Origin: Micavibrio sp. | Lineage (GTDB): Bacteria > Pseudomonadota > Alphaproteobacteria > Micavibrionales > UBA9664 | Reading direction: 5' to 3' | Assembly (NCBI GenBank): GCA_002699085.1 | Contig: PAAR01000028.1 | Coordinates: forward strand, 161,105-225,104 | Length of the DNA stretch: 64,000 nucleotides | Shown here: piece after piece, positions 57,427-64,000 of the stretch | How the letters are laid out: each line of letters opens with the position of its first letter | Numbering within the stretch: the stretch's first letter is position 1 | Made by a program: the position numbers and the translations under genes | Notes under the pieces: generated by a model | The model's input: only the letters and a program-made list of their open reading frames with translations | Database searches by the model: none | What the model was told of the DNA's origin: nothing

Positions 57427-58734
57427 TTAGAGAGTCAGTGCCTGAGGGGTGCTGGCTCTTTCTTTATTGCGATTAAACCAGCCAAAAACTCTACCGATGA
57501 CGCTTTTCTTTTCAGGCTCAACTGAGCTTTGCATGTTTTCCATAGCAGCGATGCGCCTCGCTTCTGCGGCTCGTTGGTGTTTTTTGTTTTCCATCCAAAG
57601 TGTTGTTTTTTCATCGAGTGTGTCTATTAAAGTGTAGCAGGCATCTACATTATTTTGGAATGGATTGTGTGATTTGCTCGGATTGTCACAAGCTATGGGG
57701 AGGGTATCACCTCCCATGGCCTTAACAAGCTCTTCGGTGTAAACGCTGCAAGAACATGTGTCATCCATGTTAAGGGCTGTTATCTGCTCTAACAGAAGTT
57801 TGGAGACCGTACTCGGCCCTTGTCTAATACGTCCGTGGAGGTATTCGCCGTAATGCATTAATGTCTTTATTGTACCGTATTTAGGCATTAATTCACGTGC
57901 TAGAACCTCGTTACATTTTCTGAAAGCAAGGGTGACCGTGTGAATCAGCTCTTTAAGGTTTTCTGTGAAACAGCTGTCAATATTGTCATCCATGTGCTCT
58001 AAGAACCATTCTCGTTTGCTCTTACCTAGCATGTAAGGTTTGTTGTTTTCTTCCAAATGAGGAGAGGCACCAGCTGCGCTAAAGAAAGGGGCGATCGATA
58101 CGATTTGAACGCATCTTTCTTCAAGGAATTGTTGAAACTCTTTTTCTGCTGGATCTGATAGTAGGTCAGCAATAATGGCGCCAGATGTAGAATGCGTAAT
58201 AATTGTGATTGGCATGTCACGTTCTTTAGCGATTTTGTATACGACAGAATCGACTGAGCCCAACGTATGTTTTATCATGGCCTTGTAGACGGTGATAAAA
58301 TCGAGAATACCTTGTTCTTCTAACTGTTCAGGGAAAGGGAGGGGGAAAGCAAGGTAATCATGGCCTTTTTCAGTAAGACTCTCAAGCAGTGTGTCATAAC
58401 CAGCTAAACGACCTTTCATACCTGAGAAGAAGATAACAGGTCCTTTTGTAGAACTGCTCTCAGCTTGTGTATATAGGGCTGAAAACGATAGGTTTGAATT
58501 TGGCAGGTCTATCTTTATTCTTTCAGAGTTATTGGGGCTGTAATTAGCTGGGAAATAAACTTCTTTAAGGAAAATGCTGTGAAGGCGTTGTGCAATAGCT
58601 ACTCTAAAAGATAAGCGAGGACGGCTAGCGTTAGAAAAATCTTCTTGTGCTGGCCGGGAAGGGAAGTTTGGAAATGTGCTCTCTAAAGCAGTAATGACAC
58701 CCTCGTTTAATTTTTTATTATTTGTTATTAACAC
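57427..58734 (-). CDS. Hypothetical 435-aa protein with alpha/beta-hydrolase-like features
   Basis: GTG start. GPVIFFSGM (strand plus oxyanion-like turn), nucleophile-elbow-like ITHSTSGA, and a late D...SH pair. No signal peptide, basic C-terminus, mixed Arg codon usage. Confidence 0.55.
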   Translation of the reverse strand: MLITNNKKLNEGVITALESTFPNFPSRPAQEDFSNASRPRLSFRVAIAQRLHSIFLKEVYFPANYSPNNSERIKIDLPNSNLSFSALYTQAESSSTKGPVIFFSGMKGRLAGYDTLLESLTEKGHDYLAFPLPFPEQLEEQGILDFITVYKAMIKHTLGSVDSVVYKIAKERDMPITIITHSTSGAIIADLLSDPAEKEFQQFLEERCVQIVSIAPFFSAAGASPHLEENNKPYMLGKSKREWFLEHMDDNIDSCFTENLKELIHTVTLAFRKCNEVLARELMPKYGTIKTLMHYGEYLHGRIRQGPSTVSKLLLEQITALNMDDTCSCSVYTEELVKAMGGDTLPIACDNPSKSHNPFQNNVDACYTLIDTLDEKTTLWMENKKHQRAAEARRIAAMENMQSSVEPEKKSVIGRVFGWFNRNKERASTPQALTL

Positions 58735-58820
58735 CAGTATACAGGTGATTCGGGGGTTATGTCATGGATTTGCTATACTGCGCTGCACATAACAATGAGA
58801 ACAGGTATGGGAGATACTTA

Positions 58821-58855
58821 GAAAATAAAAAGCCGAGTCTATTACTAGACCCGGC
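58821..58855 (-). terminator. Rho-independent terminator, minus strand, between fliP and the hydrolase-like gene
   Basis: The minus-strand RNA reads GCCGGGUCU-AGUAAU-AGACUCGGC, a 9-bp stem including one G-U pair. The same position is an A/C mismatch on the plus strand. It is followed by UUUUUAUUUU. Confidence 0.65.
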
Positions 58856-58989
58856 GAGTTGAACAGGGAGGTTTTTCGTCTGGGAGACGAAAAATCGCCA
58901 GTCAAAGACTGACGAAAGGAAATATATAATGATTTGGATGGAGGGTGGCAAGCATTTTTTTGCTTTATTTTTGATAATACCCCAAAAAA

Positions 58990-59004
58990 TTAACTTTTCG
59001 TTAA
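58990..59004. promoter_or_regulatory. Canonical CtrA box TTAA-N7-TTAA just downstream of the fliP stop
   Basis: Sequence TTAACTTTTCGTTAA. On the minus strand, TATTAT (58979..58974) lies 10 nt downstream of the box. Confidence 0.45.
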
Positions 59005-59031
59005 TAATTAGACACTAGAGTCCGTTTTCCG

Positions 59032-59784
59032 TTAAGTAGCACCGTAACTTCGGATCAAGCTACCAGCGATAAGATACCAACCATCGGCAATCACGAAGAA
59101 AATAATCTTAAATGGCAATGAGATTGTAACGGGCGGTAACATCATCATACCCATCGACATCAAAATTGCGGCTGTCACCATATCAATGATAAGGAAAGGT
59201 AGGAACAGCATGAAGCCAATTTCAAAGGCGCGCTTTAGCTCAGAAATGATAAAAGCAGGTACAATAATTTGAATGGGGATATCTTTGGCTGTTTCAAACG
59301 GCCCAGCCTCACTCATATCGGTGAAAAGGATAAGATCGTCTTCTCTGGTATGTTGCAGCATAAACTCTTTGAATGGATCAATGCTTTTTGTAAAAGCTTC
59401 TTGTTCGGATATTTCTTCGTTAATAAGCGGTACAACGCCTTCTGTATACGCTTTATTAAGTGTCGGTGTCATAATAAAGAAGGTCATAAATAGTGCGAGG
59501 GAGATTAGCACCATATTAGGAGGCGTTTGCTGAATACCAATGGCTGTCCGTAAAAATGACAGAACAACAACAATCCGTGTGAAGGACGTCATCATAATTA
59601 AAATAGCAGGGGCAAGCGAAAGGACAGTTAGTAAACCGACCATTTGCACGATACGGCCAGTGACAGTGCCGTCAACTGAATCGCCCATATCAAGTGTTAC
59701 TGTTTGTGCAAAAGCAGGGGCGGCTATAAAGAATAAAGCGCCAAGGAGAATAAATAGAAATGGTTTAAGCTTTTTTGCGTGCAT
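59032..59784 (-). CDS. fliP: Flagellar type III export protein FliP
   Basis: Signal peptide MHAKKLKPFLFILLGALFFIAAPAFA, followed by the conserved FliP core (SFTRIVVVLSFLR, IGFMLFLPFLIIDMV). The ORF track extends to 59838. Confidence 0.95.
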   Translation of the reverse strand: MHAKKLKPFLFILLGALFFIAAPAFAQTVTLDMGDSVDGTVTGRIVQMVGLLTVLSLAPAILIMMTSFTRIVVVLSFLRTAIGIQQTPPNMVLISLALFMTFFIMTPTLNKAYTEGVVPLINEEISEQEAFTKSIDPFKEFMLQHTREDDLILFTDMSEAGPFETAKDIPIQIIVPAFIISELKRAFEIGFMLFLPFLIIDMVTAAILMSMGMMMLPPVTISLPFKIIFFVIADGWYLIAGSLIRSYGAT

Positions 59785-60079
59785 TGGCTTTGCCTTTTTC
59801 TGTTTTTGGTTTTGTTTCGAGGGTGACATCACTATCAATTAATGTTTCTGATTGTGTCCCAAGCATAATAAGGTGGTTCCGCTTTCCAGCTTGTACAAGG
59901 ATAAGCTTGCGGCGTGTATCAACAGGCAATTGCTCAAGAATTTTAAGGTTTTTTGGACTGTGCGGGTTTAAGAAATTCGAGCTTTCTGATAAACCAAAAC
60001 GTTTGATAAGGTAAGCAAAGCCAATCATTAGACAGATAACAAAAACCAGACCAGAGATCATAAGAAGAATTTCATTCAT
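59765..60079 (-). CDS. fliO: Flagellar export protein FliO
   Basis: N-terminal TM segment followed by LKILEQLPVDTRRKLILVQAGKRNHLIMLG, the typical FliO pattern. The ATG shares one nt with the stop of the upstream ORF. Confidence 0.65.
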   Translation of the reverse strand: MNEILLMISGLVFVICLMIGFAYLIKRFGLSESSNFLNPHSPKNLKILEQLPVDTRRKLILVQAGKRNHLIMLGTQSETLIDSDVTLETKPKTEKGKANARKKA

Positions 60080-60357
60080 CACTCGTCATCGCCTTCTGTA
60101 ATAGACTTAAGCGTTACAGCCAGCTTTTCTAAGGCGGTAATCATTTGCGCCATTTCGGATTCTATTTCAGTAGATATGTCACTTGGTGCAGCCTCTATTT
60201 GTTGGCATAACAGGTCGACACGATCGTCTAAGCCTTCTAAATCAAGCTCTTCATCATTGCGAATTGCAATGTGCATAGTCTCAATATCATCAGCAAGGGT
60301 CATTAATTCTTGTTTAAAGTCAGCAGCAGATTTCATCTTGTTATATTGGCCGATCAT
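60079..60357 (-). CDS. Hypothetical 92-aa acidic helical protein, first gene of the fliO-fliP operon
   Basis: TGATG stop/start overlap with fliO. Strongly acidic and predicted helical by eye. No family recognised. Confidence 0.5.
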   Translation of the reverse strand: MIGQYNKMKSAADFKQELMTLADDIETMHIAIRNDEELDLEGLDDRVDLLCQQIEAAPSDISTEIESEMAQMITALEKLAVTLKSITEGDDE

Positions 60358-60406
60358 GTTCCAAAGGTCTAGTAGCTTTTTTGAGCCAATTTATAGTGCC
60401 AAAAAC

Positions 60407-60422
60407 TGGCATGATTTCTGCA
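60407..60422 (+). promoter_or_regulatory. sigma54 -24/-12 promoter of the flgB-flgC-fliE(-fliQRflhB) operon
   Basis: TGGCATGATTTCTGCA against the consensus TGGCACG-N4-TTGCW. Lies 47 nt upstream of the flgB ATG, with AAAAGGAG as RBS. Confidence 0.7.
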
Positions 60423-60469
60423 TAGTATATTCACGGTACAAGGATAACTAAACATAAAAGGAGCCCCAA

Positions 60470-60895
60470 ATGACCATAGAAGGCATAGGCTTATTCGCTG
60501 GAATTGAAGGTAAAATGCAATATATTGCCAAGTCTCAGCGTATTACAGCGCAAAACATTGCGAATGCGAATACCCCTCATTATCAAGCGAAAGTGCTCAA
60601 GGATGTTGATTTTGGCTCAGTGTTAGAGGCATCACTCCACGGCTCGGAAGGTATGCGAAAGTTGAGACCAGAAACAACAGCTCCAGGACACATGTCTGGT
60701 GGTGCAGATTTGCAGAACCCGAAAGAAAAGGCGCAGAAAATCACTTATGAGATCGCGCCTGACGGTAATGCTGTCATTATTGAAGAGCAGATGATCCGTG
60801 CTAATCAAGATGCGATGGATCACGCATTGATGACACGTATTATGACGAAGAATGTTGGTATGATCCGTGCAGCAGTAGGGTCATCGGGTAACTAA
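60470..60895 (+). CDS. flgB: Flagellar proximal rod protein FlgB
   Basis: ITAQNIANANTPHYQAK rod N-terminal motif. Position upstream of flgC. Confidence 0.9.
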   Translation: MTIEGIGLFAGIEGKMQYIAKSQRITAQNIANANTPHYQAKVLKDVDFGSVLEASLHGSEGMRKLRPETTAPGHMSGGADLQNPKEKAQKITYEIAPDGNAVIIEEQMIRANQDAMDHALMTRIMTKNVGMIRAAVGSSGN

Positions 60896-60939
60896 ATATA
60901 ATAAATAAAAAATAAAACGGTAAGGTAAAGGATAGTAAA

Positions 60940-61356
60940 ATGGCAGATGAATTAATGAGTTCAATGGCAGTTTCAACCCAAGGTATGCGGGCGCAAAGTA
61001 CACGTATTAGGGTGATATCAGAGAATGTAGCGAATGCTGATTCTGCGGCAAACTTTCCAGGTGAAGACCCTTTTCAACGTAAGGTTGTTACATTTAAGAA
61101 CGTTTTAGATAAAGAGTTAGGGACAGATACGGTGAGGGTCAAAAAAGTCGATCATGATACAACACCATTTCCTGTGAAATATATGCCTGGTCACCCAGGG
61201 GCGGATGCGAATGGCTATGTTAAGATGCCCAACATTAATACAGCGATTGAGATGATGGATATGCGTGAAGCGCAACGATCTTATGAGGCAAATTTAAATA
61301 TGATGAATATGACTCGCCAAATGGCTAATCAAACAGTGGGTATGCTTGATAGATAA
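60940..61356 (+). CDS. flgC: Flagellar proximal rod protein FlgC
   Basis: RIRVISENVANADS... and C-terminal INTAIEMMDMREAQRSYEANLN. Confidence 0.95.
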   Translation: MADELMSSMAVSTQGMRAQSTRIRVISENVANADSAANFPGEDPFQRKVVTFKNVLDKELGTDTVRVKKVDHDTTPFPVKYMPGHPGADANGYVKMPNINTAIEMMDMREAQRSYEANLNMMNMTRQMANQTVGMLDR

Positions 61357-61396
61357 TTGGTATTAGCGTATACTTGTAAGATAAGGATAAGATAAA

Positions 61397-61735
61397 ATGG
61401 TTGATGTAATTCAAAGTTTAGCGGCTCAACGATATGCTGATATGGCAAAAAATCTTGAGTCTATTCCTGCGGTTAAAAATCCCGTGGAGGATATGGCCGT
61501 GGAAAAAACTGCCCAAGGGGCAAGTTTTGCCGATCTGATGAAGGAGGGCATTAACCAAACGATTGCGGCACAACGCAAAAGTGAGGAAATGTCAGCTAAG
61601 GCTGTTACAGGTGATGCCGATCTTACAGAGGTTGTTTCCGCTATTACAAAAGCGGAATTGGCTTTGGATACAGTATTGGCGGTGCGTGACAGGCTTGTCA
61701 GCTCGTTCCAAGAGATTATGCGGACACAAATGTAA
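61397..61735 (+). CDS. fliE: Flagellar hook-basal body protein FliE
   Basis: SFADLMKEGINQ... and C-terminal LTEVVSAITKAELALDTVLAVRDRLVSSFQEIMRTQM. Confidence 0.9.
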   Translation: MVDVIQSLAAQRYADMAKNLESIPAVKNPVEDMAVEKTAQGASFADLMKEGINQTIAAQRKSEEMSAKAVTGDADLTEVVSAITKAELALDTVLAVRDRLVSSFQEIMRTQM

Positions 61736-61804
61736 TCTAGCTTGAGGCATTATTTCCTCGTATTTAATCTGTACACACATTTAAATAGGTTCTAAGCTAG
61801 CATT

Positions 61805-62086
61805 ATGGATCAGCGCGTTATCATAGAAATTGTCCAACAAACGTTGCTTTTGATATTGCAGTTATCAGGGCCTATTATGGGTGTCGCCTTATTAGTGGGG
61901 CTTATCATTGCCCTATTGCAGGCATTAACACAAATTCAGGAAATGACTTTAGCTTTTGTGCCTAAGATTATTGCTGTATTTTTAGCGATCTTCTTACTTT
62001 TCCCTATGTTCACAGGTACGCTTGTTGATTTTATGCACATGATTACCGATCAAATTGTGTCGGGTGATCTACGTCAAGGGCCATGA
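61805..62086 (+). CDS. fliQ: Flagellar type III export protein FliQ
   Basis: Two-TM protein with ALLQALTQIQEMTLAFVPKI, the typical FliQ pattern. Confidence 0.92.
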   Translation: MDQRVIIEIVQQTLLLILQLSGPIMGVALLVGLIIALLQALTQIQEMTLAFVPKIIAVFLAIFLLFPMFTGTLVDFMHMITDQIVSGDLRQGP

Positions 62087-62100
62087 TAGAGACTTAGAGA

Positions 62101-62874
62101 ATGGATAGTGCGCTCAGCTTTGTTGTAACAGAAAATCTATATGTGTTTTTATTGATTTTTGTGCGCTTTGGTGCGGCACTGATGGTTATGCCAGGTTTTG
62201 GCGACTTTTTTACACCTAAGAAGGTTCGCCTGATGCTGGTTTTAGTTTTGTCTTTCTCATTAACAGGTGTTTTTTACCAGCAATTTCCTTCTTTCCCGAA
62301 TAACCCGATCACTTTAGCCCTTGTTTTGTCTTATGAATTCGTTATTGGCATTCTTATTGGCATGATGGCGCGTATTTTATTTTCTGCGCTGGATGTGGCG
62401 GGGATGATTATCGGTATTCAGGTGGGTCTTGCCAATGCTCAGATATTTAATCCTGGTGCTCAAACGCAAGGGTCAATTGTTGGGACGTTTTTGTATTTAC
62501 TTGGTGTTGCTTTGTTGTTTGCCACTAATTTACACCATGTAATGCTCTACGCCATATATGAAAGCTATTCTATGTTACCGCCGATGAATGCACCCGATAC
62601 AGCGTCAATGTCAGAACTTGTCGTTAAAGCCATATCGCATACATTTTTTGTAGGATTTAAAATTGCAATTCCGTTTATTATTATTGGTTTGATTGTATAT
62701 GCGGCTATGGGGATTATGGGGCGTCTTATGCCGCAAGTGCAGATATTTATTTTAGCCTTACCGATGCAAATTTATATCGGTTTTCTAACGCTGAGTTTTA
62801 TCCTGTCAGCGGCTATGATATACTGGATAAGGACAGTCGAAGAAGGTATGACCTTCTTTTTAAGTTTTCAATAA
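62101..62874 (+). CDS. fliR: Flagellar type III export protein FliR
   Basis: 257 aa, polytopic, FVRFGAALMVMPGFG start motif. Position between fliQ and flhB. Confidence 0.92.
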   Translation: MDSALSFVVTENLYVFLLIFVRFGAALMVMPGFGDFFTPKKVRLMLVLVLSFSLTGVFYQQFPSFPNNPITLALVLSYEFVIGILIGMMARILFSALDVAGMIIGIQVGLANAQIFNPGAQTQGSIVGTFLYLLGVALLFATNLHHVMLYAIYESYSMLPPMNAPDTASMSELVVKAISHTFFVGFKIAIPFIIIGLIVYAAMGIMGRLMPQVQIFILALPMQIYIGFLTLSFILSAAMIYWIRTVEEGMTFFLSFQ

Positions 62875-62897
62875 GCAACAAATAAGGATCTTGCGTC

Positions 62898-63968
62898 ATG
62901 GCAGATGGTGATGAGCCAGAAGACTCTCAGAAGACCGAGGAACCCACCCCTAAGAAGCTGGCCGATGCCCGTAAAAAAGGACAGGTGGCGATGAGCCGTG
63001 AGATTAACACATGGGTGATGCTATTTGCGGGCTCTATGGTTATTTTAGCGATTGGCCCGTCTATGGGGCATGATTTATTCCAATATTTAGCCTTATTTCT
63101 TGAAAAGCCCGAACAAATGGCCATTCAAGGCGGAGTAGGCGAAGTCTTGCGTGTCGCAACGCTTGAGGCGGCGAAGATATTAGCATTGCCGTTGATGGTT
63201 ATGGTCGTAGCGGCGATTGTAGGGCCATTAATACAAGTAGGGCCTTTATTTGCGCCTGAAAGTATTAAGCCCAATTTAGATAAATTGTCCCTTGTTAAAG
63301 GGTTTCAACGTCTTTTTTCGATGAAGGCAATCGTTGAGTTTTTAAAAGGCATTGTAAAGCTTGTCATTGTATCCATTGTGACATGTATTGTGGTTTATCC
63401 AGTGTTTTTTGGGATAGAACATTTTATGGACTTATCTGTAGGCGCGATGCTTTTAGAATTAATGGATATTCTACGCCAAGTGATCGTTGCAGTGCTGATT
63501 GTTCTTCTAGTTATGGCGGTAGCTGATCTTGTTTATCAACGTGCCGATCATTACAAAAAAATGAAAATGACAAAGCAAGAAATTAAGGATGAGTATAAGA
63601 CGACAGAGGGTGACCCTCAGATTAAAGCAAAATTGCGTCAGTTACGTGCAGAAAAGTCACGTACACAGGTAATGAAATCTGTTGAGCGGGCCGATGTTGT
63701 GATTGTAAACCCCACGCATTATGCGGTTGCTTTGCAATATGACCCTGATGAAACGCCAGCACCGCTATGTGTGGCTAAAGGTATTGATGATTTAGCCTTG
63801 CGTATTAAAGAGCGTGCTATTGAGCTAGATATTGTGGTAGAGGAAAATGCGCCGCTCGCTAGGGCGTTATATGCTTCGGTGGAAATGGATGATATTATCC
63901 CTGTTGAGCATTTTGAGGCGGTAGCGAAGGTTATTTCTTACGTTTACCGTGTAAAAGGCCAGAGATAG
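62898..63968 (+). CDS. flhB: Flagellar type III export switch protein FlhB
   Basis: N-terminus EKTEEPTPKKL, four TM segments, MTKQEIKDEYK, and the NPTH autocleavage site (VIVNPTHYAVAL). Confidence 0.95.
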   Translation: MADGDEPEDSQKTEEPTPKKLADARKKGQVAMSREINTWVMLFAGSMVILAIGPSMGHDLFQYLALFLEKPEQMAIQGGVGEVLRVATLEAAKILALPLMVMVVAAIVGPLIQVGPLFAPESIKPNLDKLSLVKGFQRLFSMKAIVEFLKGIVKLVIVSIVTCIVVYPVFFGIEHFMDLSVGAMLLELMDILRQVIVAVLIVLLVMAVADLVYQRADHYKKMKMTKQEIKDEYKTTEGDPQIKAKLRQLRAEKSRTQVMKSVERADVVIVNPTHYAVALQYDPDETPAPLCVAKGIDDLALRIKERAIELDIVVEENAPLARALYASVEMDDIIPVEHFEAVAKVISYVYRVKGQR

Positions 63969-64000
63969 TCAGTTAATCTTTAAATACGCTCTTTTGTTTA

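Noticed and set aside
58757-58951. A 64-aa minus-strand ORF in the fliP-hydrolase gap.
   Set aside because: Its composition is Phe/Ser/Leu-rich and it has no RBS. It spans the hairpins and the intrinsic terminator, so a transcript would terminate inside it.
61737-61800. A 7-bp inverted repeat (CTAGCTT/AAGCTAG) bracketing the fliE-fliQ spacer.
   Set aside because: The stem is short and the loop is about 50 nt. It is weak and could easily arise by chance.

Overview
This window is a chromosomal segment of a low-GC alphaproteobacterium (GC roughly low 40s % by eye, not computed). It is densely coding, with about 77 supportable CDS and one tRNA-Lys(UUU).

About half the genes are flagellar, arranged in five blocks:
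- (FlgN-like)-flgJ-flgI / fliX / flgH-flgA-flgG-flgF
- fliF-fliG-fliH-fliN-motA-flbD ... flhA-flhF-flhG
- fliI-fliJ
- flagellin-like-flbT-flaF / flaG
- fliP-fliO-(orphan) / flgB-flgC-fliE-fliQ-fliR-flhB

These blocks are interleaved with housekeeping genes: ftsEX, coaD, purE, mutT, pfk, dxs, kdsB, pyrD, pgsA, recG, sdhE, mfd and an aspartate aminotransferase. Pieces of a yejABEF-type peptide ABC transporter are scattered over three loci.

The regulators are Caulobacter-type: ctrA, flbD, fliX, flbT, flaF and dksA. By hand I found three near-consensus sigma54 promoters, upstream of flgI, flgF and flgB. I also found several TTAA-N7-TTAA (CtrA-box) sites in intergenic DNA.

I saw no CRISPR array, IS element, integrase, prophage or recognisable defence island, so I cannot point to one clear novel system. 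The most promising unexplained items are:
1. A CtrA-box, then a structured roughly 150-nt terminated RNA, then an orphan alpha/beta-hydrolase gene, all next to fliP.
2. A 96-nt nested palindrome between recG and sdhE.
3. A tightly coupled operon of three small envelope proteins convergent with mfd.
4. An orphan gene with atypical codon usage next to tRNA-Lys.
5. Two small orphan ORFs embedded in flagellar operons.

All functional calls rest on motif and family recognition by eye. No database search was run.
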